The notes under the pieces were generated by a model, which saw nothing but the letters and a program-made list of their open reading frames with translations, searched no databases and had not been told where the DNA came from. Positions 37,037 to 46,590 of a stretch of DNA of 64,000 nt are shown one piece after another. The stretch is from Candidatus Hydrothermarchaeum profundi (lineage in GTDB: Archaea > Hydrothermarchaeota > Hydrothermarchaeia > Hydrothermarchaeales > Hydrothermarchaeaceae), in assembly GCA_002011125.2 (NCBI GenBank), contig MTMF02000009.1, positions 648,889 through 712,888 of the forward strand. The letters are read 5' to 3'. The translations under genes were made by a program, and so were the position numbers. Position 1 is the stretch's first letter. Each line of letters starts with the position of its first letter.

Positions 37037-38506
37037 ATGAGAAAGATACCTCGCTGTATGTCGACCCAGCATCCTGATAACGTGACGGTGCCTTTTTTCT
37101 CAGAGAATAGTGTTTTAGCGGGCGAGGACGAAATAAAAGAAGCTTACTATGTTTTCTCTTCGTTAGAGTGTGATGAGCAGATGTGGGATTTTGAGGGTAA
37201 AGAAGTAGACGCATTTGTCGTAAAGAAACTTTTTTCTAAGTATGAGCACTTTTTTAGGGATAAGATATTGGGCGAAGATGTATTTTTGACTTTTCGAGTT
37301 CCGAACCCTGAGGTAGAGAAGGCTGAGGCGAAGGTACTTTTGGAAACCTTGGAAAGCATTCCTCGTTGTTATGATGCTGCGAAGTTATTTTATGAAAGAG
37401 AGGTAATTCCGGTATTCGAAGTCATTTTGCCTATGACCACATCCTCTAGGGCTTTGAATAGGGTATACCATTTTTATAGGCGCTTTATCTCTGGGAGGCA
37501 GTGGGAATGTATCTCTAATGGTGATATCGAAGTTCATGAATGGATCGGGGATTTCAAGCCTGAGGAGATTAATGTGATACCTCTAATCGAGGATATGGAA
37601 CACCTTCTAAAGGCCCATACTATTGTCGGAGAATATGTTAAGGATAAAAGTCTTGAATATCAGCGGGTCTTCTTAGCAAGGAGCGATCCAGCCTTAAACT
37701 ATGGGCTAGTTAGCGCTGTTTTGTTAAATAAGATAGCGCTCCAAAGGCTGGCGGTGGTTGAAGAGGAAGAGAGCATACCCATATATCCTATTATCGGCGT
37801 TGGTGCAGCTCCCTTTAGAGGGAATTTTAGACCGGATTTAGTGGAAAATTGCCTTGCAGAGTATCCCAGTGTTCAAACTTTCACAATCCAGTCTGCCTTT
37901 AAGTATGATTTTTCAGAGCACGTTGTACGTAAGGGAGTGGAGCATATAAAGAAGGCTAAGAGGAGGAAACCTCTCCCGTTAGATGAAGAAAGATGTCTTG
38001 AACTTCTCACAAGGTTTTCATCTTCCTATATAATGCAGCTGAAAGATGTGGTTCCATTGGTAAGTGCTTTATCAAAGCATGTTCCCAGTAGAAGGGCTAG
38101 AAGACTGCATATAGGTCTGTTTGGGTACTCGAGAGAAGTTGAAGGCTTCCAGCTTCCTAGGGCTATTACGTTCTGCGCAGCATTATACTCTATGGGTCTA
38201 CCACCAGAGCTCTTGGGCATAAGCGCTTTAAGTGAAAAAGATTTGGACTACCTTTCTGAGGTTTATAAGAATTTTCATTCGGACATGGCTATGGCATTGA
38301 GGTATTTTAATAAGAACTCGCTCTCACTACTCCCAGATAGAGTTTCATCCAAGATTGAAGGAGTTTTAAGATTCTTCGATTACGAGGTCGATGAGGAACA
38401 TTCTAGGGCGGTTGACGATATTTTACAAAGTTTTAAAAGAGGTCAAACGGAGGTTCTCACGGAAAAAATAGCTAGAGCAGCATGGATAAGACATTTTCTT
38501 GGTTAG
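37037..38506 (+). CDS. ppcA: Archaeal-type phosphoenolpyruvate carboxylase
   Basis: IPRCMSTQHPDN, WDFEGK, FLARSDPALNYG, PFRG, LPRAITF. Confidence 0.95.
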   Translation: MRKIPRCMSTQHPDNVTVPFFSENSVLAGEDEIKEAYYVFSSLECDEQMWDFEGKEVDAFVVKKLFSKYEHFFRDKILGEDVFLTFRVPNPEVEKAEAKVLLETLESIPRCYDAAKLFYEREVIPVFEVILPMTTSSRALNRVYHFYRRFISGRQWECISNGDIEVHEWIGDFKPEEINVIPLIEDMEHLLKAHTIVGEYVKDKSLEYQRVFLARSDPALNYGLVSAVLLNKIALQRLAVVEEEESIPIYPIIGVGAAPFRGNFRPDLVENCLAEYPSVQTFTIQSAFKYDFSEHVVRKGVEHIKKAKRRKPLPLDEERCLELLTRFSSSYIMQLKDVVPLVSALSKHVPSRRARRLHIGLFGYSREVEGFQLPRAITFCAALYSMGLPPELLGISALSEKDLDYLSEVYKNFHSDMAMALRYFNKNSLSLLPDRVSSKIEGVLRFFDYEVDEEHSRAVDDILQSFKRGQTEVLTEKIARAAWIRHFLG

Positions 38507-38512
38507 TTTAAT

Positions 38513-38878
38513 CTAATTCTTCTCTCTTATATTTTTAAGCAAGTCTGCAAATCCTTCCACAGAGGATTTTCTAATGTTCTCAGCGTCGAGCTTGTTGGCA
38601 AGTATCCCGACACAGTCCTCTATACTAATTTTTCCCTCTATCCAGCCTTGGAAGATATAGCCCTCCGCGTAGTCAGCTAATCCATGCATATCGACTCGAG
38701 TACCAGCTAGGTCTCGCATCCCAGCTTCTATAATGGCCTCTCTTAAAATGTGGTTATGCACTCTTTTTCCTATAGGTTTTCCTGAAACCATTGATAGAGC
38801 TAGAGAATAGATAAGGTTTACAAAACTATCCCCCAAGCTAGAAAACTCTCTAACATCCTTTACCTTAAGCTTGAGCAT
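38513..38878 (-). CDS. Archaeal ribonuclease III-like protein
   Basis: LGDSFVNLIYSLA, DYAE; position downstream of rpoL; start placed at MLKLKV. Confidence 0.75.
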   Translation of the reverse strand: MLKLKVKDVREFSSLGDSFVNLIYSLALSMVSGKPIGKRVHNHILREAIIEAGMRDLAGTRVDMHGLADYAEGYIFQGWIEGKISIEDCVGILANKLDAENIRKSSVEGFADLLKNIREKN

Positions 38879-39347
38879 TAACCTTAGCCTCGGAAACAAC
38901 TCTTTGCAGGTCTTTTAAAGCTTCCTTTAGAATTATCCTTGGAATTGTATCCTTTGTGTAATCCAGTTTTTTTGCTTCTTTTATGTATTTTTCCAGCATT
39001 TTTTCAGTTATCCCTGTTTTTTCCGAAAGGGCTGTGACATCAGCCTTAAGTAAGGCATTAGCTGTGTCTATTCCTCCATCTTTTAGTTTTTTTTCCACTT
39101 TTGGGCCAATGCCTTTAACCTCGGTAAGTGGTACAATCCTCTCCGCTTTTTTGGGAAGAGGCTTATCTTTTGTCTTAATATAAATCTTTGGATTGCTTAG
39201 GAGGGGATGCTCAACCTTATATGATGCGAAAATCACATCTTTGTGTTTATTTAAAATATGGCGCAGAGCGTTGCAGAAAGTGTGGTCCTCTCCAATAAGC
39301 TCGAATTCCAGCTCGTTTTTACTTTCTTTAATAATTTTGATTTCCAT
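38865..39347 (-). CDS. rpoL: RNA polymerase subunit Rpo11 (L) with inserted HhH domain
   Basis: GEDHTFCNAL...SYKVEHPL core; about 70 aa insert with LTEVKGIGPK. Confidence 0.88.
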   Translation of the reverse strand: MEIKIIKESKNELEFELIGEDHTFCNALRHILNKHKDVIFASYKVEHPLLSNPKIYIKTKDKPLPKKAERIVPLTEVKGIGPKVEKKLKDGGIDTANALLKADVTALSEKTGITEKMLEKYIKEAKKLDYTKDTIPRIILKEALKDLQRVVSEAKVNAQA

Positions 39348-39358
39348 CGCAGATTCCT

Positions 39359-39928
39359 CTAGAGAGTTCCTTTCCCGTATTCTGATGATATCTTTCTATA
39401 AACTATTTGGTTGCAGTTACTGCATTTAAGCTTGTTGTTTATTTTTAAGAGAGGCATATTGCACTGGCTACAGTATCCCTTTATAACCCCTAATTCCTTT
39501 TCCACAGTGCTTAGAGCGAGAGGGGTTCTATCTGTATCAATTATCCTAGCTAGAATGATATCTCCGTGACCAAATTCCTTAGATAAATCAGGAACATAGC
39601 TATCCTTAGTCTTTGATATGTGTATGCTTCCTGAAACGCTACCGGATAGTTCTCGGTCAACACCCTTTATCTTGAGTATATCCACAATCGCAAACTGGGG
39701 TTTAATATCCACAATAGTTCCTACGATTATATCCCCTTTTTTAGGCACGGCAGGAGAGCTTGTTTTTGGTTCAACAGACATCTTCCTCTCTTTTAAATCT
39801 ATTTTTAGTGTCCCTGTTATAGAAGCGTATATTTTCCCATCTTCCTCATAAGTACCCTCTCCAGGTATAAATTCCTCTGCATATCCTACTTCCATGCCTG
39901 GTAAGACTAACTCTTCACTTTCAACCAT
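39359..39928 (-). CDS. csl4: Exosome RNA-binding protein Csl4
   Basis: VLPG..G..EE..PG.GT, S1 domain, CSQC/CSNC zinc ribbon, RKISSEYG. Confidence 0.93.
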   Translation of the reverse strand: MVESEELVLPGMEVGYAEEFIPGEGTYEEDGKIYASITGTLKIDLKERKMSVEPKTSSPAVPKKGDIIVGTIVDIKPQFAIVDILKIKGVDRELSGSVSGSIHISKTKDSYVPDLSKEFGHGDIILARIIDTDRTPLALSTVEKELGVIKGYCSQCNMPLLKINNKLKCSNCNQIVYRKISSEYGKGTL

Positions 39929-39930
39929 TT

Positions 39931-40533
39931 CTACTTCCTCCTTATTCTTAATACGATGACATTTATTTTTTTCAATTTTTTCCTATGGAACGCATACGTG
40001 TAGGGCAATTCGAATTCTAGCTTCATAGCCTCAGTTATTTCTCCACCTATATCTCTAATATATTCTTTGAGGAATCCCGAGGTTTCAGCTTTATGCATAG
40101 AGTATGTTATCATTCCAAGTTCCAAGGCTTTTTCTAGGAATACTCGGTCGGCACCTCTTCTTTTAACCCCGAAAGGGGGATTTTGAAATACTGTGTCGCA
40201 TTCTCCCTTTATATCCTTTACGTTGGATTTAACCCATTTCACGTTTACACCAAGGTTAGCGGAATTGTGGGATGCTATCTTTAGAGCTTCTTCATCTATA
40301 TCGACTCCCGTAATCTCCTTGGCCCCTAGGAGCGCACAGCCGATCGCAAGCCGGCCTGTGCCGCAACCTAGATCATATATCCTCTTATCTTTTATGTCTC
40401 CTTTCATGTACGCTAGATATAGTATCTCAGCTGCAGCCTTTGAAGGTATCGTGTATTGCTCTAAGACAGCTTTTGGGCTTTCAAACGCTTTACATTTCTC
40501 CAGCAGAATCTCAAGCCTCTTTTTAGTGAGCAT
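39931..40533 (-). CDS. METTL5-family N6-adenine methyltransferase
   Basis: LEQYTIP, DLGCGTG, QNPPFG. Confidence 0.9.
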   Translation of the reverse strand: MLTKKRLEILLEKCKAFESPKAVLEQYTIPSKAAAEILYLAYMKGDIKDKRIYDLGCGTGRLAIGCALLGAKEITGVDIDEEALKIASHNSANLGVNVKWVKSNVKDIKGECDTVFQNPPFGVKRRGADRVFLEKALELGMITYSMHKAETSGFLKEYIRDIGGEITEAMKLEFELPYTYAFHRKKLKKINVIVLRIRRK

Positions 40534-40652
40534 AATAGTTAACTTAGAGGGTTGTAGTGAATATAGTTTTATGCGACGGTAGAAAGTCTTCGCGCTTTTT
40601 CTAGCTGTTGATATAGCGGCAGACTACTGTAAGTATTCAATAATAAAACGGT

Positions 40653-41642
40653 TTATCCTATTTGATCTATTCGGTAGTCTTCCCAGCTTTCTTCTCCAAG
40701 TAGGACTTCTACTTCAAATGGTGTAAGCATGGGTTGCTGATACCTTGCTGCATCGTCGATCGCAATCCTCGGACAGGCTGTGTTAACGAGAGCATCAAGC
40801 TTCCGGAATGAGATAAGGTGTTCTGGTGTTATCTCCCGCAGCGATATGAGATAAGCCCTTTTACCTTTTTCTTCCAGTTTCTTTTTTAGCTTCAAGGCTA
40901 ATTGAACCCTCATTTGCCCTCTCTTTTCTCCAATAATGATCCCGAATGTATTAGCATCTTTAGCTTTTGCTATCCTCACGTATCTCTGGCGTAGAATTTT
41001 TTCCTTGAATTCATCCAGTTTTCTAACTTCACCTAGTATGGGGTCGAGAGCAAGAGTTGGCTTCTTGGTAGCTAGGCAGACCCCAAGAGGATGAAAGTTT
41101 CCGCTACCGATATAAAGAAAGCAGTCCACTTTATCTGCGATATCAGTTGCAGTCGTAAAGGAACATCCCAGTACCTGTCCAGGATATTTTACTCTACCTC
41201 CTGCTTTTCCTATGTGCACTTCAAATCCCTTGCTCACTAAAAATTCCTTTACTTCAGCTAGAATGTTGATATGTTGCACCGTACTAACAAGCCCAATTCT
41301 TGCGGGAAAGAGGTGGAGATTTTCTTCAATCAATTTCAATATGTTACTCCGTAAGTTAATCTCTATATAATAGACCGGTATAGAAGTATTTTTCAATATT
41401 TGTGAGTGACCAAAATGGAAGAGGCCATCACATCCGATGTTTTTCATTTCTTCATCAGCGAGATCGCAAGAGCCATAGCATGGATCGGAGGATATCACTA
41501 CTAGGCAGCCGGTCATAGAGGATATTTCGTCAGCAACTCTTACGGCGTGGTCTTTTATGCCCTCAGGGAACTGTAAGCCAACCATCCTATAGTTGTTCTC
41601 CTTTATTATCCGGCTAATGCGTTCTATTTCAAAATCATACAT
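40653..41642 (-). CDS. dph2: Diphthamide biosynthesis enzyme Dph2
   Basis: LQFPEG, YGSCD, HFGH, GQVLGC, TACPR Fe-S cysteines. Confidence 0.95.
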   Translation of the reverse strand: MYDFEIERISRIIKENNYRMVGLQFPEGIKDHAVRVADEISSMTGCLVVISSDPCYGSCDLADEEMKNIGCDGLFHFGHSQILKNTSIPVYYIEINLRSNILKLIEENLHLFPARIGLVSTVQHINILAEVKEFLVSKGFEVHIGKAGGRVKYPGQVLGCSFTTATDIADKVDCFLYIGSGNFHPLGVCLATKKPTLALDPILGEVRKLDEFKEKILRQRYVRIAKAKDANTFGIIIGEKRGQMRVQLALKLKKKLEEKGKRAYLISLREITPEHLISFRKLDALVNTACPRIAIDDAARYQQPMLTPFEVEVLLGEESWEDYRIDQIG

Positions 41643-41644
41643 AT

Positions 41645-42784
41645 TTATCTTTTTAAAATATCCTTCAAATCTTCTATGAATTGTATGATATTCTCTTCTC
41701 TAATATGGGGCATGATAACAAGCCTAATTTCCCCGCTTCTCGTCCTCGAAGTGACCCATCCTTTCTCTGCGAGTTTCTGAGAGATAATGTCTGCCTTATT
41801 ATGATTAAAAACAAGGATATTCATAGTGGGCTTTAAAACATCCATTCCCAACTCTTTAAGTTCATTATAGAGAAGAATAGTTCTATCCATGCATTTTTTC
41901 ACATTATCTCTGTAGCCCTTTTTTCCGAGTAGCTTCAATAAAGAAAAAGTAGTAGCTGCTGATGCTCCACTTCTAGTTCCTAATATAGTATGTTGAACTT
42001 TTTCAGTCAAATATGGTGCTTCTGTTTCGATGTATTTTAACAATTCTCTGTTTCTAAAAAGTATACCTCCGCTTGGGATTACAGATAGGCCCATCTTATG
42101 AGGGTCTATAGTTATTGATGACACTCCTCTGAGTGAAAAATCGAACTTTCTTACCTCATATCCTAGATCTCTAAGAAAGGGTATCACAAATCCTCCAAAT
42201 GCAGCGTCTACGTGAAGGTATATCCCCTCGTTTAAAGCTATTTCCGATAAAGCCTCTACGTCATCTATAGTCCCATACTCTGTGCTCCCGGCAGAAGCTA
42301 CTATTGCAACAGTTTTCTCCCCTATATTTTTCTTTACATCATTAATGTCAACTGATCTATCCTTTTTATTCCTAGCTTTTATCAACTTCATTCCAAGCAA
42401 ATTAGATGCTTTTTCTAAGGAAAAGTGGGCACCTTCTGATACTACTACTTCAGGTTTTTCTTTACCAGCTTTATTTCTAGCAACCCACAGAGCCATTAGG
42501 TTAGCTTCTGTACCCCCAGACACTATGAATCCACAAGCATCCTTATTGCTTAATAGTGATCCGAGCAACTTTATGCTTTGATCTTCCAATTCTTTAGTTC
42601 CCTTAAAAAGGCCCGCATCTCCTAGGTTAGTTTCCAGAAAAAAACGGTAGACTTTTCTCGCAAATATATGAGGCATAGTGCACATAGAACTCAGTATCTT
42701 ACCATCCGAATATTTCAAATCTTTACGCCTACTAAGCCCTAATATTTTCAGAACTTCTTTTTCGCTGATCCCGTCTTCTTGCAT
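41645..42784 (-). CDS. mfnA: PLP-dependent L-tyrosine/L-aspartate decarboxylase
   Basis: SSMCT.PH, NLGD.GLF, SGGTEAN, HVDAAFGG, DPHK. Confidence 0.92.
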   Translation of the reverse strand: MQEDGISEKEVLKILGLSRRKDLKYSDGKILSSMCTMPHIFARKVYRFFLETNLGDAGLFKGTKELEDQSIKLLGSLLSNKDACGFIVSGGTEANLMALWVARNKAGKEKPEVVVSEGAHFSLEKASNLLGMKLIKARNKKDRSVDINDVKKNIGEKTVAIVASAGSTEYGTIDDVEALSEIALNEGIYLHVDAAFGGFVIPFLRDLGYEVRKFDFSLRGVSSITIDPHKMGLSVIPSGGILFRNRELLKYIETEAPYLTEKVQHTILGTRSGASAATTFSLLKLLGKKGYRDNVKKCMDRTILLYNELKELGMDVLKPTMNILVFNHNKADIISQKLAEKGWVTSRTRSGEIRLVIMPHIREENIIQFIEDLKDILKR

Positions 42785-42812
42785 TATAGACCTCTACTGG
42801 GATATGTGTTTT

Positions 42813-45122
42813 TTATCTCTCTAAAGCTTTCTCTAGAAGGATCTTTTGCTCTATACTTGCAACCAGTTTTTTAACTGCAATGGCGGTATCAGGATTGACG
42901 GACATCGAATCTATACCTGCGCGAACCAGAAATTCACAGGCAGAGTAGCTTATAGATGGAAGCTGTCCACATATTGAAACGGTTGCACCATTTGCGTGTG
43001 CCTTCTCTATAAGTATTTGCATAGCTTTTCTTAATGAAGGATCATCTGCACCATACTTCTCTGCCAATATCTCATTATCTCTATCAGCTCCTAAGACCAG
43101 CATTAAAAGATCATTACTACCTATTGAGAACCCCATCGCACCTGCTTTAATGAAATCTTCCGCTAGAAGCACATTCGAGGGAACTTCAGCCATTACCCAC
43201 AGCTTGAAATCGTCACTAGGCTTCAATCCTTCCTCTTCGAGCAACTTCTTAACCTGCGCGAACTCTTCAACGGTCCTGCAAAACGGTACCATGACCCACA
43301 GGTTTGTTAGTCCCATTTCTTGCCTAATTTTTTTAACCGCCTTTACTTCCAGTTTAAATGCAGGCGCATATCGAGGATCAGTATACCGGGCAGCGCCTCT
43401 GAAGCCGATTAAAGGATTACTCTCCACTATTACGCTTTCATACTTATCCCCCCCCTTCAGCTTGGCGTATTCATTTGTCTTAAAATCACTAAAACGAAGT
43501 ACAACTGGCCGGGGGTAGAAGGCCCTGCAGAATGTAGCTATACCCTCTGCTAGCTTTTCTACGAATTCTTCTCCTCTACCCTCATCTATCATATGCATAG
43601 GATGTTCTCTTATATAGTCGTTTATTATAAACTCCATTCTAAGAAGTCCCACACCGTCTACAGGGAGTTTTGCAACCTTCTCAGCGAGCTCAGGCTCACC
43701 TAGGTTAACGTATATCTTAGTGCCTGTGATTGGGGCGATTTCGGATATAGCAGGAGTAATAGCCGCTTCTTCAGTTTTTTTCTCAACTAATTCTTCGACT
43801 ACCCCCTTATATACTACTCCTCTATGGGCATCTACTGTTACATAATCCCCTGTTTTAAGCACCTTAGTAGCATTTTTAGTACCAACTATACAGGGTATTT
43901 GCAGTTCTCTGCTTACTATTGCTGCATGGCAGGTTAGCCCCCCGCTATCAGTTATTATGGCTATACTTTTTTTCATCGCTGGCACCCAGTCTGGTGAGGT
44001 CATTTCAGTAACTAGTATCTCGCCTTTACGAAATTCAGATATTCTATCTGCAGATTCGATTACGTGGACTTTACCTGCCACAGTTCCAGGAGAAGCTGCG
44101 AGACCCTTCAATAGAATCTCTTTATCCTCAGTCTTTTCAGCTTCGAGTTCACTTTCATCTTTGTAGAATACGGTTATAGGCCGTGATTGAAGAAGGTAAA
44201 TATCACCGCTTTCTATAGCCCACTCTATATCTTGTGGAAAATCATAATGTTCTTCTACTTTTTTCCCTAAACGAGCAATCGCTTTAATTTCCTCTTCGGT
44301 TAGAACCTGAGCGTTCGCCTTATCCTTAGGCACTTTAACTTTGACTGTTTTACCAGTTTTTTTGTCTCGAACAAACATTACTTCTTTCCGTGAAATTTCT
44401 TTTTCCAAGATTTCACCGTTTTCTTTATCAACTACATAATGATCAGGTGTCACCGTTCCAGAAACAACACCTTCACCGAGGCCCCAGCCCCCCTCTATCA
44501 CTATTTTATTTTTATCTCCTGTAGCTGGGTGTACAGTAAACATGACTCCTGCTTTTTCGGAGTTAATCATCTTTTGAACAACGACAGCTATCAGCACCTT
44601 TTCATGAGGGAAGCCCTGTTTCTCTCTATAAAATATGGCTCTTGGGGTAAAAAGGGAGGACCAACATTTATGAACAGATTCTAAAAGGTTGTCTTTTGTT
44701 ATATTCAAAAAAGTTTCCTGCTGTCCTGCAAAGCTGGCATTAGGCAAGTCTTCCGCTGTTGCAGAGCTTCGTACCGCTACAAACTCTTTTTTTGTCCCTG
44801 TTAGCTTGCAAAGCTTATCGTAGCTACTGATAATTTTCTTCTGCAGATCCTTAGGCATTTCTGCTTTTAATATTATCTCACGTATTTTTTTGGAAGCGTT
44901 ATCCAGTTCCCCAGAATCGTCTACATTAGTCTTCTTTAGAACGTCCATTATTTGTTCGTAGATACCTCTTTCTTTCAGGAATCTTTTATAAGCTTCAGCG
45001 GTAACCACAAAGCCCGGCGGAACAGGTAAACCCGCCCGAGTCATTTCTCCAAGATTAGCTCCTTTCCCTCCAGCTATTCCAACGTCGTCTTTATTAAGCT
45101 CATTAAACCATACTACCTCCAT
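42813..45122 (-). CDS. ppsA: Phosphoenolpyruvate synthase
   Basis: GGKGANLGEM, VRSSATAED, SFAGQQET, GGLTCHAAIVSRE phospho-His, SIGSNDL. Confidence 0.96.
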   Translation of the reverse strand: MEVVWFNELNKDDVGIAGGKGANLGEMTRAGLPVPPGFVVTAEAYKRFLKERGIYEQIMDVLKKTNVDDSGELDNASKKIREIILKAEMPKDLQKKIISSYDKLCKLTGTKKEFVAVRSSATAEDLPNASFAGQQETFLNITKDNLLESVHKCWSSLFTPRAIFYREKQGFPHEKVLIAVVVQKMINSEKAGVMFTVHPATGDKNKIVIEGGWGLGEGVVSGTVTPDHYVVDKENGEILEKEISRKEVMFVRDKKTGKTVKVKVPKDKANAQVLTEEEIKAIARLGKKVEEHYDFPQDIEWAIESGDIYLLQSRPITVFYKDESELEAEKTEDKEILLKGLAASPGTVAGKVHVIESADRISEFRKGEILVTEMTSPDWVPAMKKSIAIITDSGGLTCHAAIVSRELQIPCIVGTKNATKVLKTGDYVTVDAHRGVVYKGVVEELVEKKTEEAAITPAISEIAPITGTKIYVNLGEPELAEKVAKLPVDGVGLLRMEFIINDYIREHPMHMIDEGRGEEFVEKLAEGIATFCRAFYPRPVVLRFSDFKTNEYAKLKGGDKYESVIVESNPLIGFRGAARYTDPRYAPAFKLEVKAVKKIRQEMGLTNLWVMVPFCRTVEEFAQVKKLLEEEGLKPSDDFKLWVMAEVPSNVLLAEDFIKAGAMGFSIGSNDLLMLVLGADRDNEILAEKYGADDPSLRKAMQILIEKAHANGATVSICGQLPSISYSACEFLVRAGIDSMSVNPDTAIAVKKLVASIEQKILLEKALER

Positions 45123-45128
45123 TTGTTT

Positions 45129-45563
45129 TCACGCTCCTCCTTTTATTCTCTTTATAATTTTATTTCGAGATTTTTGATATCCTCTGATGCCTATTTCGAA
45201 TATCAGTTTAAGATCATTTGGGGGTATTTTTAGATACACAGCGAGCATTGAAGTAGGGATAACGGCTGGATTTTTACCTTTTATTATAGAAACCTCCTCT
45301 AGGGCTTGTAAATCTCTTATAATTTTAGCCGCAGCCGCAATTTTTGAGAACTTTTTAACGAATTCGAAGGTAGGGGTTATGGCTCCACCTTCAATCCTTG
45401 ATATAGTTTCTCTCCTAAGTTTTACTAGGGTACCTAGGTCTTCCTGGGTCATTCCTAGAATCTTTCTGATATTCCTAATTTCCCTATTCGGATTTCTAGC
45501 TGAAACGATCCTACCTCCAATCTCTCGGAAATATTTCGTGAACTCTTCATCAATATTATACAT
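45129..45563 (-). CDS. XRE-family HTH transcriptional regulator
   Basis: IRKILGMTQEDLG...RETISRIE. Confidence 0.85.
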   Translation of the reverse strand: MYNIDEEFTKYFREIGGRIVSARNPNREIRNIRKILGMTQEDLGTLVKLRRETISRIEGGAITPTFEFVKKFSKIAAAAKIIRDLQALEEVSIIKGKNPAVIPTSMLAVYLKIPPNDLKLIFEIGIRGYQKSRNKIIKRIKGGA

Positions 45564-45604
45564 TCTCCCAAATTCCTAGTTGATGCGGGAGATTAATATT
45601 TGGA

Positions 45605-45646
45605 CAAGTATAAATAACTTTTGTTACGCAATACGTAACAAAAAAA
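45605..45646 (-). promoter_or_regulatory. Perfect 10-5-10 inverted repeat next to the BRE/TATA of the HTH-ppsA operon; overlaps the rpl10e T-tract
   Basis: TTTTGTTACG-CAATA-CGTAACAAAA at 45619-45643; minus strand AAAAGTTATTTATAC overlaps and follows it. Confidence 0.6.
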
Positions 45647-46177
45647 TTAGAGTTTTAATATTTCTTTGCCTTTATCGATGGAAATACCACAAGGCATAGG
45701 TAGTTTAGCAGCCGCTCTTTTAAGGGCATCCTTCGCCGTTTGGAAGTGTTGAGGATCTACTTTTACTGTTATAATTTTCTGTCCTTTTTGGACTTTAGCA
45801 GCCAAACTCACTGGCTTACCAAAGGCTCTCCTCATCCCGTCTGATACCCTATCTGCACCTGCTCCAGTAGCCTGCTTATTCTCTCTTAAAATCTCGTGGG
45901 GAAACAGTCTTGCCTTCATGTAGAAACCATATCTGCCAGCTCTGTTCACTAAGTATCTATTAGCAGCTATTCTACTGGCTTCTAACGCATTATGGGTAAT
46001 CTGCCCACTCTCCTTGGCATAAAGAGATAGCTCAAGAGCAAATCTATCAGGGTTTTTTACATCTCCCATATCGAATATAGTAATCTTTGGGGCAGGAGTT
46101 CCTTTCATATATTCCCGCCGAGTGTATGATCGATTTTTTGGTATTCGATAAATTTTTCCAGGTTTTTTAGTTGCCAT
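45647..46177 (-). CDS. rpl10e: 50S ribosomal protein uL16 (L10e)
   Basis: YTRREY, ALEASRI.AN, LRENKQATGAGADRVSDGMRRAFGKP. Confidence 0.96.
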   Translation of the reverse strand: MATKKPGKIYRIPKNRSYTRREYMKGTPAPKITIFDMGDVKNPDRFALELSLYAKESGQITHNALEASRIAANRYLVNRAGRYGFYMKARLFPHEILRENKQATGAGADRVSDGMRRAFGKPVSLAAKVQKGQKIITVKVDPQHFQTAKDALKRAAAKLPMPCGISIDKGKEILKL

Positions 46178-46236
46178 TTTTTTTAAACCTCAACGAAGCA
46201 AAGCTTTTCATGACGTCTGCAAATATAAAATTTTCT

Positions 46237-46590
46237 ATGGTATTTATATACAAAGAGGAACATTTAATATGTCGAGCTGAAATAGCCGATAGTTTCTTTG
46301 AGAGAGCAAGAGGGTTGATGTTCAAGAAAAGGCTAAAGAACAAAGAAGGCCTTTTAATTAAGTTTTCTGCTAAATTAAAATCTAGAACTATACATTCCCT
46401 TTTCATGAGATTTCCAATAGATTTAATATTTATTGATGAAAATCACTGTATAACTGAAGTAACAACACTGTATCCCTGGAGTTTTTATAAACCAAAAATT
46501 CGTTCCAGTAAAATGGTGCTGGAAGTTAATGCTGGAACAATTAACTCCCTTGGTCTAACAACGGGAGATAAGTTGAGATTCGTCAGATAA
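46237..46590 (+). CDS. DUF192 (UPF0127) protein
   Basis: ADSFFERARGLMF, IHSLFMRFPIDLIF, VLEVNAG; start placed at MVFIYK. Confidence 0.85.
   Translation: MVFIYKEEHLICRAEIADSFFERARGLMFKKRLKNKEGLLIKFSAKLKSRTIHSLFMRFPIDLIFIDENHCITEVTTLYPWSFYKPKIRSSKMVLEVNAGTINSLGLTTGDKLRFVR

Noticed and set aside
40534-40652. 119-bp gap between dph2 and the METTL5 gene as a possible ncRNA
   Set aside because: No stable stem or box motifs; explained by an internal promoter-like AT box before the METTL5 start
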